DNA from: Blasia pusilla
Lineage: Eukaryota
Length of the DNA stretch: 64,000 nucleotides
NCBI GenBank assembly: GCA_050084515.1
Contig: CM114271.1
Location: 47,430,001 to 47,494,000 of the forward strand
Direction: 5' to 3'
Shown: positions 12,426-35,142 of the stretch, piece by piece
How positions within the stretch are numbered: position 1 is the stretch's first letter
How the letters are laid out: each line of letters starts with the position of its first letter
The notes under the pieces: generated by a model
What the model was told of the DNA's origin: nothing
The model's database searches: none
Seen by the model: the letters and a program-made list of their open reading frames with translations, nothing else
Position numbers and translations under genes: made by a program

Positions 12426-14450
12426 GGAGTGTCATAGGACAAACACTACGGCTAATATGTGGGGGAATGTGCAAGAGTCGGGCACTGCACGGAGAACTAG
12501 AAGACACTACCGCCAGCCACACTCGGGATATATCTACATCTACAAGCATTTTTAAAGCTCTAACTGAAACAGAACCCCCAGATACAAAGCCCAGCTTCCA
12601 ATGTAAAAATATTTAAAAACTGGTCTATCTAAAGATGTACAGTTACTTAGTCAATTACTTGTAAAGTGTTACATGAGCAATCTATATGACTGACTGTAGT
12701 AGGTAAATAATACTTGCTTCCGAATGCTGAACTTAGATCATTGGGTTAATTGTGAATACGTCAGACCCACAGTTCAGCATACGGACATGCCTAGAACTGT
12801 GTACACGATTTCAGAGCAGAGGCGGAGCTATCAGAGATTGTTTAATGCAAAGCTGCAGATTTCAAGTGGGTTTTCTTTAGTCCGTCAGAAAAATACACCT
12901 AAAAAAGAGCGTAGTGGCAGTTTCTGTGTTATCTCATTCAAGAATCAAGACCATCTTCCACATGGAGGATCATTTTTCTCTGACAGAATCAATAATAATC
13001 ACTGTCAGGTACTTTCCGACGAAAGATATATTGCTCAGCTTGTCAAATTTCAGATCGTCAAATTGGTTTGTTAGATGTGCAGATGTACACATATCATTCA
13101 TTTCCCAAAATTAATATCCGGATGTCACTGGGTGCCCCGCCGAAGCTGGGGGCTTTGAGTATTTCTTCGCACGAACCCTCTAACGGTATTGCAACTCAGC
13201 TTCTTACAATCCAGAGATGGGAATAGAAGTGAAAAGCTCAATGTTCAGATACGTCAATGAGAATTTCATGAATCGGATATCACTTGAACCATTCCAGTTC
13301 GGATCCTCAGGCTGAGGAATGTCGTTTTCTGAAGAATGTAGAGTCGACATCGAAGACGTATTTCATCTCATCCCCAATCCCTGCCAATTCGGCTTAGTGT
13401 CTAGGAACTCTCCAAAGATTGGATGAACCACATGAGCAATACTGCAGTGAGATCGGGTTGAGCCACTTTGTCAGTCTGGAAAGACGTGACTGGTGGGTGC
13501 GTGGGTCCTGAAACGGTGGGGCGGGCGAGGGGTACAAGGAACGTCTTGAGCTGATCATACAAAGAAGACCACCGCAGCTAGAGTCGATTCAATGCAGGAA
13601 ACAAAAACCATGCTGGGTAAGGGAGCGCTCAAGCTGGAATTCGTTGTGCCAGTCTTGCTCGCACGAACACAGCAATACGGCGAGATCCTCGGCTCCAACC
13701 TGTCAGCAGTGTGCCACCTCCCACGTGACTTTTCCATTTGCTCAGAGGGGCGCGCTTCCCTGCGTTCCCCTTGCTCGTAATCAGTCATGCGTCTTACGCG
13801 CCAACCTTCCAGACGAGCACTGTCCAGGTTGTGGGTGAGAGATATTTTGGAGACATCGCACTGCACATCTGGGTCATTTCTTCTCTTCGATAGGGGTCAA
13901 ACGTTACTCGCTGAGCCGTTTGCCAAAGACGGCTTTCAGTGAAGGCGCACCAAGGAACGCTTCACTTCTTCACTGAAAGCCCAAATTGACACTGCTCATG
14001 GTGTATTGCGATCGGAAATTGAATCGGCCCACTCATTGGGCTCTGATCCATCCTACACGCCATTGGAGCATGGTAGAAACACATTCGTGCACGCACCCGT
14101 CAGCTTCAAGAGCACGACCAAGGACAATCACAACCTCGCCAGAATGAAAAGAGCTGATTTCTTTACTGAACCTTTGGCAGCTGAATGCTCTGATCCTAAA
14201 GAAAAGATTTCACGATGTGGGGCTTCACGAGACATTTGCCTCGGTCATGGCTTCGCGATTGAAGCTGAACCGCTTTGTGATCATGCCCTCGTCTATTCTC
14301 GGAGGGCAATGAAGCTATACCGGTAAAAGTTGAAGTTGAGAGCACACCTACGGTATTCCTGGGGCCATTAGAAGGGCCCGCAACTTCTGATATCCCCGCT
14401 GTAATCTCTGGCGGAGAATAACTGACGTATCCACGCAATCCCGACTCTCA

Positions 14451-17400
14451 CTATGAAAGTTCAGTGAATATCCTTTGACATTTGTCCATAAGACTTTTGA
14501 TAGCTTCAGTAAATAATACGTTTGGTGCTAGTGCTCCCGTTGACTCGATGGTGACTGGACAACACAATACCAAAGACAAGACAGCTAATAGTCAAACAGT
14601 GCTCAACCAGATGCGCTCAAAGAGATAACACTGCTATTGAAAAGGACTTCATCAATTCGAAATGAGAAGTCTCAAACGAAGTCAAAAACTCACAGATGAA
14701 GTGTTCCTTGATGCGCCTCAAAGACACTCGCTTTTCCCAGTCATCTCCTCTCACACATTCACGACAAAGAGTACAATCTCTCGGCCTTGCGACCGTAGCT
14801 TTCCTCATCCCTATACAAAAGAAGGCACAATCAATCAGCTGTTAGGTTAGATTTTACAAACTGAAGTTCTTAAAGCATTGAATCGGCATCAGTTATGTGA
14901 ACAAAATGGCATTGTTTGCGGCAGGAGCTTTGGGTCTACACTTCTTGCCAAGTGCGAGAACAAGATATGACGAGGACTCAACTCAAGATCTGCCCAAGTT
15001 CTAATTTAGGTCCTGCATGAACCACACTCATCGAGAAGTCAGACTATACATGTATGGATAATCAGGGTAGTCAATGGTTGCACCTTTCCCCAGATCTTCG
15101 ATATCGAAGACATTCACAGGGCACTTTGCAACAAGTTCGTCTGCTAGATCATCTTCAATGACTTCAGTCAAAACGACCTGCACAGAGCTCCACATGATAG
15201 ATTGTCAGCCCATGAAGGGTTAAAAGTCATCCAGTTTTCGAACTCCCCTAAAGTAATAGATAGTTCCCACAGTGGACTGACAAATCATGTATCAAAGCAC
15301 CAAAGTAACTGTGCTTTCTTATTTTTTCATTGAAATATGGGCCTAAAAGATTTTCCTTACCTCACCTAGAAGGCTGACGCATGCAGGGTTGCAAGCTGCA
15401 CTACATACTAACAGCTAGTACAATTTAGGGAAGCACAATGACCTGAATTTGCCAAGATTCTCTTACCTCGGGATGCATCCGATACCTTGCAGTTGCAACT
15501 GGAGACCACTTGGCATGAATCTTCCCAATACCTTTGACTGCATGACACTCTAGTTCAATTGCCTGCAAAAGAACAAAACACAACCCAACTTCCGGATGAA
15601 ATGTCCATACATATTACATTGAGCTCGTCAGGATTCTCCACATAAGGTAGTCTAATATGAGGCTTGCATAGTGCTCAATCATTACCTTCATCCAGCTTTA
15701 GAGATTCAACTACTTCACATCCAGATTCCTTTCTGTCCCTAGAAAAAATCCTTGAAGATCGAACACAGATTGCTCAACTCTCCGCTATTACTCAAGATTA
15801 ATGAAGCAAAGATAGCTGTCTACAAGAAATATCCTGGAACTTTGATCGAATGGATGAAAGATGCAGAAAAACAAACATGAAGTACATGTCTAAGTAGAAG
15901 CATTAGACGCCTTACTTGACCAGGGCGCAGCTTAGCAAGCGTGATGTCTGGATAGCAAACACTGATTGGCTCACTAATAAAAGCAGGCAGTGAGTCCTGA
16001 CTGCAACCAAAAGCAGTGAACTTAGTCTTGGTGTCAAATGGCATCTCACTCCCTTCAGGTAGCCACTTTAACTGCTCCGACTTCACTGCCATAAACCACA
16101 AGTATGTCGGACCAGCAGGTACTTGAAATTTTGGAACAAAATCATCTAAAATAGCAACTTGTCTAGAATCTACTCACCTCATTAGTAAACCATATAAATC
16201 CTATTGACAGAAAATCCATCTGCTTTTCACCATAACTGAACCTTCATAGCCAACACTTTCAAAAAGATGAACATTGCTAAAGCATATCTATTGAATGTCA
16301 ACCGGAGCAGGAGACAAATCACGTCATAACCAAAAGCAATGATGTAAAATTTCTACTAAACATCACCATATACCTGAAGCATTGGTCACCCGGTCACCCT
16401 TCCGAGTGCATACCACGTTGAGTTTGAAGACTATAGTGTTCTTTTCACTAGCATTTTCATCATCTGCATGGTAACCCTGCGTTAGAATTTCTCAACGACC
16501 ATTGCTCCTGTTCCAATTGCAGAGCAACCACCAAAATAGGAAAAAATAATATACAAGTGTTGCATACTTGAGAACATGTAATCCAGATAATAGTGAAGCA
16601 TCCTCTATGCTTGGTCAAAATTCAGCAACGATGGACTATCTTCTCAGTAACGTGAGGGACATTGCTCACTGTCAAGTACCTGTTTTAAACTCGAATAATC
16701 GTGGATCCGCTTTTATAGGTACCATACCCATCCGATGAGCCAGGACTTCATCTTGTATCACAGACGTATTGTTCGCTATAAAAACTTTCTCGATGGCCAT
16801 CGTAGGGACCTGCAAAGGAAACCCTAATCTCAGGACAACTCCTCTAACTGCAGAACAATCTACATCAATCTCGGAGAGAAACAGCTTACACAAAACCGAA
16901 TCCCATCTTTTCCAGATTAACAATTTAAGACTGTTTGAGAACAGATGTCTGATTTCAGCAGAGTCAGAATACCTTCACAAAAAGTTCTACAGGGCTCGAT
17001 TCACCGAAGTTCCTACTCGCATGGACACCCCACTTATTCTCCAAAATCTAGCACTGTATAACGAAGCTTCAAGTTCGAAGAAAACGGGCCCCACTAGAGA
17101 AAGCAAGGTCCACAGAGATATATGGCACAATCATGTCATACGAATAACGAGACAGCAATTTAATAATTTCAAGGCAAAATTTGCTTTCTCATTCTTCGTA
17201 TGACATGATTTTGCCATTTCTGCTCTCCCCGAAACTTGCACCTTTTCATTTAGGGCTCCAAAAGGATAAGCCTACTCTCGTGATTTGACAATAAAATCAC
17301 AACCTCGCTTCAAACGAAGCCCATGGAAACACTGCCACCGACGAACTCATCTTACAAAACACCTAATTGAGTTCCTGGCTACCTTCAATTGTTTACGTCA

Positions 17401-17935
17401 CAATACATACCCGCTGTGAGATCTTCACGAATGAGAAGATGCACACCAGATGGAAGGAGACGGGAAATATGAGGCAGCATACATTGCACTACAAACACCA
17501 AAGTTGAGAAATTTTGCACAAACCTCAGCGATGAGAATTCGACGAAAGGCGTTCGCCAGAGCAGCGTCAATTCCAATCATATCGAATTCAAGATCATCTT
17601 CACTCAGGGAGATTACATTCACTTTGAAGTTCTTCTTAAACTCTTCCAAACGCAGACTATTGTCAACTCCATACGCCATATACGCTCCTGAGTACTGAAT
17701 CGACTCGGTCTGCAATCGCCGTCAGCTCTGTCTCTCAGCAAAACATCGTGCCCGACGACTCGAATTACCAACATCAAACACACACATTCCAATTACAAAC
17801 TCCATTTGGCGCCTAACTTACGTAAGACGGAGCATCCGCCGCACAAACCACGCGAGTTCGCTGCAATTCCAGGTGCTCTGGGAGCTTCCCCTTCGCCAGA
17901 TCCGGCAACTCCAACACCGACGAAGCCCCCTTCAT
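14451..17935 (-). CDS. RPAC1: DNA-directed RNA polymerases I and III subunit AC1 (RPAC1/RPC40/POLR1C orthologue), 9 exons, ~366 aa. Exons: 17935-17822, 17709-17524, 16809-16680, 16463-16374, 16085-15916, 15562-15467, 15177-15084, 14810-14694, 14554-14451
   Basis: [14 protein letters not shown]...[49 protein letters not shown]...[31 protein letters not shown]...[10 protein letters not shown]...RDCTLCREC...FTIESTG. All introns are GT-AG and in phase. Confidence 0.95.
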
Positions 17936-18212
17936 TTCCGAAAATGCTCGCTCGGATCGTCGATTCCCCGTTCCGCAAACTTCAGCTCTCCCTTTCCCTT
18001 CCTCTCTTTCTCTCTTCTCTTCTCTTCTCTCCTCTTGTGCTGCGGAAAAACCTCCCGAACTCGAGCACCCTTAAACCCTCGACACGACTCCCAAGTGCCG
18101 AGCACTTAACCTTAACCATGGTGAAACCAGATAACCCTAAACCGGATGTGGAGGTCAAATTCATTCATGGTTCCGATTATCGGACCCCATGTGGGTTTGG
18201 AGTCGCTCTACA

Positions 18213-18422
18213 CTAGTAAGGTCTTCTATTTTCGCTCTACTGGGACATGCACCGTAAACGGCAAATAAATACGTGTTTGAAGAATTTTAGTTGATGTGGA
18301 ATTCATGCATGTAAATTTAATTTTTTGATGCCCGTAGTATGTGAAATATTTTTTTGCAATCATTTTGTCAAATAGAGAGATGTTTGCAAATCAACACAAG
18401 GCACTCTATAATAATAATATAT
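18213..18422 (-). mobile_element. Non-autonomous Helitron-like element copy (family A, ~200 bp), diverged
   Basis: Begins (a)ctagtaaggt, the reverse of the CTAG 3' end. Ends tgtttgcaaatcaa...cactctataataataatat, shared with copies at 38.5, 43.7-44.1, 49/60 and 61.2 kb. Confidence 0.55.
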
Positions 18423-21400
18423 TTTGATTTCTAAAATGGATCACCATTGAAAATAAGATTGCGACCATTAATTGGAAGTGAATGTGGGTTGGTAGTGAAA
18501 GATGATTTTCCGAAAGAAAGGCGAGGAATGGACGATTTTGGGAGAAGAAGAGATGGGAATTTATAATTTTTATAAGTGATACGATCATCATGTAAATCAT
18601 AGGTTGGGAAATGAACGATCCTTGTGTTATGATAGAGTATGAAAATGTAGTAGGTATAAGTAGGTAGTCGTAGTTCGATGGAAGTAAGCAATTGCAAGAA
18701 AATGCTTATTTGACTAGACAGAAATAAAGTTTGAGGAGCATGGCTTGGTTGGTTAATGTAAATAAGATGAATAAAAAAAATCATATGTGAAGACGCGTGC
18801 GTATCATAGGTTGGTTTGGTAAGGTAAACTGTTTTGATTATCGTAAATGAGGAAAATATGAAAATCTATGAATTGAGCAAGTGTGTGTTAACTTGTCATC
18901 GAGAATGGCCCAATATAGTTGGAAATTGTAGTCTTTCACACAATTTCTTAAGGAAAATTTGGATGCATAATAGTATAATTAGTAAACAAATAGTAATAAA
19001 GAATGTAGCCGTAGTAAGCAAATATGATGACTATGCTATGTAGTACTTTGTATTGAAAGAAATGAAAAAACAGCAAGGAAGGGAATAGAATGAAAACTCT
19101 AATATGATGAGCATTATATTCAAATTCCATAGTCTGAGTTATGCAAAATAGCTTGTAGAAATAGTCAGAACAAGGTTGCTCTATCTGAAGTTGTAGTAAC
19201 GAGAGAAAAAATCAACTTCAATAGTAACAATGAAGTAGATCTATTCTAGCAATTACGCAAGATTTATTGTATAAGTGCAACTTTCACTTCTAACTTTGGA
19301 TTCCCTGCAATAAAATGCTGAATGTCCTTACGAAAATCTTTAAAATTCGAAAGACCATCTTTCATCTTATCTTGGAGATAAAAAAAAAATTGAGATTATT
19401 TTGAATTTGAATATCCTCGTACAGCGAGGATGAGATGTTGACTTGGTAATCAAGTCTTCTATCAAGTTCTTCAATCAGGTCTTGTGCATCATGAAGTTGA
19501 GAAATAACTGCATCATAGACATGGATAGGAACTCGTTTTTGCGCAAGTGCTGGAATTGCATCGACATTAAGTGGTAGTGGGGCGCTTGTAGTGGATTGTC
19601 TAGACCTTGAATGTCCAGTGGATCCTGTACAATTCACTTGGGAATGATATAAGTCATAAAAGTGTTAAGTATATTACTAAAATAGTAAAATAGACAACTC
19701 CATAAGAAGTGCAAGAAGAGTAATTGTATATACAAAAGAAATAGAAATGAATGTAGATAAGGATATAAACAATTTATTAGTATAGATGATGTAGTGCGTT
19801 GAACTCAAATAGAGTATGGAGATGATGGTGAATCCATTAGTGACGGTAGATCTCGGAAGAAGGAGAGTAAGCATAACTTCAGAGAAAGTGAACTGAGCTT
19901 GGAACATGGTACGAAGATGTGAAAGAAATTTTCAATTAACCTGAAGCAAGTGAAAAGTTATATAATAGTAGAAGTTGAATGTTGTTGACTACAAGTAGAA
20001 TGGAAAGTTCAGCACAAAAAGAACATGAGGGAGAAATCATAGGGAATGTCAATGCAAAGTCAGGTAGAATATAACGGGAATGTAGAAGGCAGTCAAACAA
20101 TTATGAGCTTGAGTTGACGAACATCGATTACAAAGAAGAAGAGTATGACGATAGAGGTGGCAGTTCTACAAAGAAAGTTACTAAACATTAAGAATGGAAA
20201 TTTATGAATACTGGTTATCTTGGATAAAAGTATGGAAAAGTGGAATAAATTAGAAAAAATGCAATCACCAACGTAATCTACCACAGTTGAGTGGAATAAA
20301 TGCAAGTCAATGTCATAGGTATTGCAATGAAAAAAATAGAAACCAGATCAAGAAATACAAGATAAAGTAAATCCAAAAGTATAGAATTAAAAGAGAAGAA
20401 AATGAAGAATAATTGGCACAAAATATAAATTATATATTGCTAAGTGAAAAATTGAATCAGTATTGGCTTGTACAAGCTGTCTAAAAATTGTTACACAGTG
20501 ATCTGCATATGAAAATGAAGATACAAATTGAACATTTTGACTGTCATAATGCTTGCAAAGTTCAATAGATCGGATAGAATAAAATGGAGGTTGACTGAAT
20601 ATTGCAAGTAGATGTATATCTGCACAAAAGAGAAAAACAATGTTTCTTGCGGATTGCATATGATACCTTTGTTGAACCATCACGTATGTAAGATAATGTT
20701 GAGTTGGAAGCAAGAGTGGTTTGTACCTGAAAATGCAATATTATGTGCACTTGCCTTTCCCGGGGAGTTAGTAAGATTAGGATTAACATAAGGTATGGTC
20801 TCGGTCTCTATAGTAGAACTCCCCGCTATATTATCTTTTGTAGGGAAGGCAAGCAGGACGAGAATGCACAAAAGGTTATCCGCATCTGTATGTAGTGATA
20901 CAAATTCAAGAAGTTTCCCATTGTCTTTGGCAAGTTTCATACGACCGACCAAGTGGGATGTCTTGAAGAGGATAAGTCAATAAGCATGCCCAATGGTAAG
21001 CGGAACTCGTGGTGTAATGTGCGTAATTAGTCAAGCCTAATCCCACCCGAAGCAAGAGTGAACAACCTATTAGCTTGATCCTGTGTGAGGTGAGGGTAGT
21101 CTTGTTGAAGTCGATGTTTTTAAACCTCCAAGTCTCTTTTTGTGAACGTACGTACGTAGTAGAAAAATATGTGAATGAACAAAGGAATCATGGAAAGAAA
21201 CATAGGAAATATAGAAGAAAGAATGCTTGATGTAGAAATGAAGGAGAAAATAATGGGTAGTTGCATGCCTCATGCAAGAGCATGCTTGTTGAGAAGTATG
21301 AATTTATCATTCCACTCCTAGCCTTGCCCAATTGTGGTCTGTATCTGCTTAGAAGTCATCTTGCAAAGCAGAGTTAGTTAAGATAAGAGGTCATAAATAG

Positions 21401-24340
21401 ATCTGAATGTTCTGACGGTATGTAAGAAAGTCCGTTGAGGGAAACTTTCCTAATACTCTGAGTTGGGATCTAGAACGAACACATGAGAGCATAACATATG
21501 CCATACTTGGAGCAAATGTAGATGTGATAACTAGAATTGCATGATGGTACCAACAATCAAACATACATAGAATCCATTGAGATATCTACACCTATCCAAC
21601 TCAAAATACTTCATAAAGAAACTCATTCCATTGGTGCAAGGGATAGAATTCTGAAAATCTACCAAGACAATCAATTTGAGATACAATTGTATATGGGAAA
21701 TGCCTTCCACATGTTGGGGCACATGGTGGACCCACACCGTCTCCATGGATTTAGTATGATGTGTTGGATCATAACATGTATTTGAGTCCGGAAAACGCAT
21801 CTAAGCTCAATGGTATGATATGACAAAAATTGATCATGAGATGGTACTTTGACAACATGCTCTTTAACATGCATAACTACTTGCCAAGACTAAAAGTCTA
21901 GTAAACATTAACATGACAGCTGTACGGTCTGATTGTGTCAGAAATTTGGAAGTGCTCTCCTATACCTTTATTTCTCTCATAAATCATACTCATGGAAAAC
22001 ACTGACCCAATTAATCAAATCAATGATTAATCGCCAATTTTCGCTCTGACGCCCGGAATCCTCAGGATCATCCCTCCCTATAATCCTTTCTTTCGGGGAG
22101 GAGTTTGCACGTATGGTAAAGCTCTCAGACAGGTCTTCAGGACAACTCCCTGAATGTCATTCGATGACGCCGTCCAATGACACTCGGGAACACTCGCCTC
22201 TGGTGCGCACCTCTCGGCAAGTCCCATACTTATGCCCTCTTCGCGCATGGAGTGCATCTCACAGCAACTGGCAATTTCACGACACCCGTGTACACTAATT
22301 TTCACGTAATGAGATTCGAACTGGAAAAGTGGGCGTGCAGTCACAGACTTCGAGCTTAAATATTCGATCTACACTTGTATGTGGAGCGATCGTTGGGTAG
22401 GTCACGATACGAGCGAATACGTGGGCACATGTGCGACTGTATCGCGGATGACAAGTTGAAAACCACCCATTCGGTGGTACAACAATAGATTCAAGGTACT
22501 TCAGACGTCACCGATCCCGTACAACTTTGCAGTTAGCACAACGACTTAATGCAATTGACGTGAAGTTCGGGTTTCTCCGCTTTCACGGGTTACTTTGGAT
22601 CTATGTCAATTTAAAACCGAAACCAGTGATAGTGGCATTGACCAGGTAGGTCATTGACGTAGTGACCTGTTGGACAGAGATTTGGGACAGACCGGACCGC
22701 TGATGAAATAGAATGACGTCAACCGCGGCGCAGGTGAGAGTTTCCACTCCGAGTCGGTCGTGGCTTGTATGGTCCAAGTTCGATAAGAAAGTTCGCAGGT
22801 GGCAAAGACGACCGAGGACAAGTATTTCAGAAATTTATTGAGATATTTGATTTGGAATCTCTTGGAACCTGGCCCGTTGAAATGTGAAGGCCCAAGACGA
22901 CGGTGTTGCGTCCCCATACACGAGGGCTGGAGCCGCCGCTGTAAATTATTTGAAAAGTAATATGCTACCAACCAGAGCGGAGTCCAAGAAAAAGTAGAGA
23001 TTCTACTTCAATTTGCACCTAATCCAAGATCTCAACTGCCGAAAACATACTCCCAAGAGCACTCCCAGGATATGGGTCTCTACCTCGCTGAGATTAAACC
23101 TCGTGACAACAAGAATTCACTGCAAACGAACTGCAACAAGAAGCATGGAGTTGAGCAAACCACATCATACTTTACCTGAACTAAGCCCTTTCACTTTCCC
23201 CGAATGTAAACTAGTGAAGCCCATACGACACAAAAGGACTAACCTTCTAATTACGATCCAGTGACAAAAAAGGGCGAATAGCCGCCTGAATCGTCAGAAG
23301 TCAACCAGATCTTCCAACAGACGGATTTAACAGACCAGAGGTGTCAAGGACGGGCGGCTCAATCAAAGATGGCCCGGTTACAATCTGATTTGAAAAACTC
23401 CTGCACTCATTCAGTTCGAGGGATCACTCAAGGTAAGTTTTTTGACCATAAGAATCCTGGTTTCCAGAATAAAAGTCTACGTGGGATGCATTTCATATAA
23501 CGTACTAATCTTAACAGAACTTTTCTGCAAGAAAATAGAAGGTATTTCCGGCTCACCCGTTCCAGTGCACACATTGGCTAGGAACTTCTTTACTAGTACA
23601 CACTAATGAAAGTCAGACCATACAAAGGAAAATCACTCTTCCACCTCGTGATTACACAGGTTACAACACCAGACGTAGTACCTACAACCAAATTAATGAG
23701 TATGCCTTTATACGACAGAGAAATGAGGTTGAGCCACAAACATTTTCATCAGCAGACTTTCCTAAGTAGATACATTAAAAGATGAACATGAATGGTATGT
23801 ACACAAACACTAAACAGCAAGAGTGGAAGGTGGATTCTCCCTCTACCATGGGGTGTGCCGCCTTTCAAAACTCCAAATGTCAGTCAATCAGAACCATGCA
23901 AGAAGCTCATAATCATATCCTCGTAGCCAAAACACAATGATTTTTGAGCCATATGTAGATAACACTTATGGCCAGATAAGGACGCAACAGGTTCCACTGG
24001 ACAGGACAGCCAACATCCAAGAAACCCTCTGCAAATCAGAGAACAAGAACATCGCTTTATTCTTTGAAGTTTACAATTTCTAAAGCCCTAGAAATCCTAC
24101 CTTTTGTGCTTAATCTGTGAATCAAGAGCGTGGAATTCCACGAACATATCAGTTTCCCTGAACTTATCTACTACGCAATAACATCATGCAAGGCCCTGTC
24201 AAATGTTGGCTTGACCGAGCATAATAGAGTACAAGATTTGACCTATGTATAAAAGCATTACCTTACACAGGCTGTGAGGTTGTGTCACAGCACCAGACCA
24301 ATTCTGAAGTGGGAATAGAGGCCATGAGTTTCATATGAAA

Positions 24341-31903
<7,563 letters not shown>

Positions 31904-34900
31904 GGCCTTGCTTCAGTTCCCAAACAGCTCTCGCAATATGCAAAACCCTTATGTTCCGACTCCACCGTCCGTAACAGCCCGTCCCTGCACGCCCTCTATG
32001 AGTTGTTGACCTGACACTTTGAAACTCGCGGCCATTCTACAACCTACATCGCACAGCTCATTGCCTTGTAGCCATCAAATCCCCCACTCCGTCGGACGTA
32101 CATGCTGAACATCTGCGCCCGTTCAGACCATGGGGCAAAGTCCTCCAGCCCATGATCTGGATCCACCAGCGACGCTCGCATCGGATATCACACTCAAATC
32201 AGTCCCCCTGGTTGGCCTTCTGCATATATCGCATCGCATCCCTTCCCTGAAAAGCTGAGATACGGAAACCCACTGTGAGGCGACGAGTAGAACTCGCATG
32301 GCGACGCAACACTTCGATTATACTTGGCCAATGCTTGCAAAAGCGGAAAACCTACGACTTCGATGTTAAGACTGTACAAAACTCGTCGTCGTGATCGAAG
32401 GCCCTAACAGCTCCACGGATCGAGGAAGGAGAATTCCAAGACCAAAGCATCATGACCGACGGACGGCGAATATTGATCGGCAGCAGAGCTAGATATTCCA
32501 CCTGATTGGAAATTAGTCATACGAATCAGGAAGCAAATCGCACCGGTGCTCTTCAAACATGAACAGGGCATGGGTTGAACTCATCAACGGGCAGATGAGG
32601 TGCGAGAGACAGAAGGGAAACTAGTCCCACCCAATTACAGATTACAGCCTCGCCGACTCCGGATCAGAAAGACAGAAGGGCGGGGAAATTAGGTTTGTGA
32701 TTATGATACGTGAGAGCGAAGCGCAGCGGGGGCAATTGGCGCTCCATCAAGCCATCCGGCAGAATGGAAGCACACGGATGACGAGACCAGCGGGGTTGCA
32801 CAGCAGCGGAGAGCGAATCGGAAATGTGGAGGCAGCGCAGAAGTTGGAAGTACGAACCTGAACGCGGATGCCGTCGGCAAAGACGCTATGCAGACGAGTG
32901 CGTAGTAATGATGAGGAGGAACGAGAGGATGCAAGTGGCTGCAGATGATAGGATGCAACAGGAGGAAGGAGACTCACGGAAAGGGAACGAAGCAACGGAG
33001 GAAAAAAAGAAGAAGAATCAGCAGCCATAGCCTGTCTGTCTGTATTTCATAGACGCGAGACTTCTGTCTCCAATCCCCGCTTCCCTCCTGACCTGCCCAC
33101 TTCCCTATTCAACACCACCACCAAACATAAAAACGAGCCTTGATTTTAGGACCTCCCAAGGAAGACAAATGCCGCACGCACATGACACTGAATGAAGTCT
33201 ACGAGCCGATGCATGGTGGCGAAAGCTGATGAGAGATGCCGAGCAAAAGCGCCACGGTGAGAAATGGCTCTCCTTGCATTTCCGGTGAGGGCAGGGCAGG
33301 GCAGGGCAGGACGAAACAACGAGCCCCTCCTATCGTCGGCCCCCACAGTGCAGCACGGAGCCCCGAAACCGGGGGGGGGGGGAGAAACTGAGGGATGGAA
33401 AACGGCGAATCGGTCAGCTTGTCAAGTCAGCAGCACCCGTGGAACCCGCTAGACGACGGATTATTTTTACATCTCGTACAATGGATACATACATGGGGTG
33501 ATGGAGAGTTTTGAATTCCGTGGAAAAGGAAAGCAAAAAGTACCATCCTCTTCTTGCTGGGAAGCTTGCCTGCCCGGCCACCCGGCGCGAAAGTAAACCT
33601 TGCCCGACGTCCAAGTCTCAGGACACCACGCGGCGGCCTCGACGGAACAACACTTCGCGGAAGAGCGACCGCGTGGCATCGCGTTCTCCACCGACAGGTG
33701 CCGGTTCCTCGGTCGAATCGCCGACCGTCCCAGGTGAGTATACCGCACGGCTTCTACCGCCCAGCTCCCGTCTCCGGTACTGTCGTTGCGTCCTGCGGCG
33801 AGGCCGCGCCCGCCCAAATTCGAACCATTCTGCCCGTGCCCCCGTGCCGTGCCGGTACACCCGGCCGACACCCCCAATCCCAAGAAGATCCTTGCTAAAG
33901 AGACCCTCTCCAAATTAGCATCCTCGCCTTCGTTTGGCCGCCAGACACCGGGAGTCTGCTAGCCACTACGAATCGCGGACATCAGGTGCGGCTTTTCCGT
34001 AGTGTAGTAGCACATATGTCGCGGCGGAGTTTCTCGGCATGTGTGGTACATCCCCAGTCGGAACAGGAGCGCCCTCTGCGCGCAGTTCACGCTTACTTTC
34101 ACTCACGTTCCAAAAATAGGCCCCGAGTGATTGCGTGCAGGGCGGGACTGCGCTTTCCGTCGTCGCCTCACCCAGATACAGTACACAGCGACGTAGATGG
34201 CTTGGCACGGGACGGAACCCTCCTCGCTGCTTACCCTCCTCCGTCTACAGTGAGCATAACCCATCCGCCAGCCAGTCCAGTCCCGTCCACAACACGACCG
34301 ACAGAACGGAACGGAACTGGAGCACACCCCCAGACGCATGACGGCAGTGACGACTCCATCTGTTTGTCGGTCATCGGCAAGGTTCTCACGACGGACGGAC
34401 GGGACGGACGTGAATGCCGTTCTGGGCACCGCACGTGGCTGTCCGACGAGGCGGACAAGGCCGATGGGGTCCGCCAGACGGAGTCCGGGCAGCCGAAAGC
34501 GCCAACGTCCCTCAACTGCCACTCCACTCCTCTCCTCTCCCCAAGCAAAGAGAGCGAATGGTAGAGAGTTTCCTCGGGCCTGTCTTTCTCGCCTTCCCAC
34601 AGGCAGGGCTATTAATAGGCGTCCATAGCAACGAGCGGATAGATCACAGCATAGTCAACTGGAACGCATGCCCCCCCCCCCGTCGGCCTCCTCTGAATCC
34701 ATGACCTCACCCGCTTCGCCCACTGCTTGCTATCTATAGATCGCATGTCGACCTCCTCAAAACAAACGGTAATCCGTTCAGTGGGCGAGTCCGTCCGTCC
34801 GTCTCCACAGATTTCAATTTCTCGTCCCTCCTTCCCTCCCTCGCCCACTGACACAGACAAAAGCAGCAACAAGGAGCATGTGCCCCTGCCCTCGGACCCG

Positions 34901-35057
34901 TCAGACTGAAGCGCATGCCTGCCTGGCCGTGAAACTTGCTGCCATCGACCACAGTCTACTCTACTACTGTGCTGCGCTCGGACTCCATCCACTACACTGG
35001 ACTGCACTTCCAACTGCATTTCAAAATTGCCGCTGAGCGAGTGGCAGTGACTGGCGT

Positions 35058-35142
35058 ATTAGGGTTTCGTTCTTCTTCCTCGCGCAGAGGAAGAGGGAGG
35101 AGACCGACCGACGCGACCTCGCGAGGGAGTTAGTTAGGCCCA
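35058..35142 (-). promoter_or_regulatory. Telo-box (AAACCCTAAT) plus site II (TGGGCC) promoter module
   Basis: attagggttt at 35058-35067 and aggccca at 35136-35142, at the edge of a GC-rich island that abuts AT-rich repeat DNA. Confidence 0.45.

Noticed and set aside
13931-13981. 14-bp stem hairpin (ggctttcagtgaag...cttcactgaaagcc)
   Set aside because: Too short for a miRNA precursor and has no other supporting context.
18211-18220. CACTAGTA as a CACTA transposon terminus
   Set aside because: Better explained as the CTAG end of the Helitron-like family. No matching right TIR was found.
18430-22000. Short ORFs in AT-rich DNA
   Set aside because: No recognisable domain or splice pattern. Probably decayed TE sequence that cannot be classified by eye.
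33467-34704. Many overlapping ORFs up to 192 aa
   Set aside because: Expected by chance in GC-rich DNA. The translations are low-complexity and show no homology cues.
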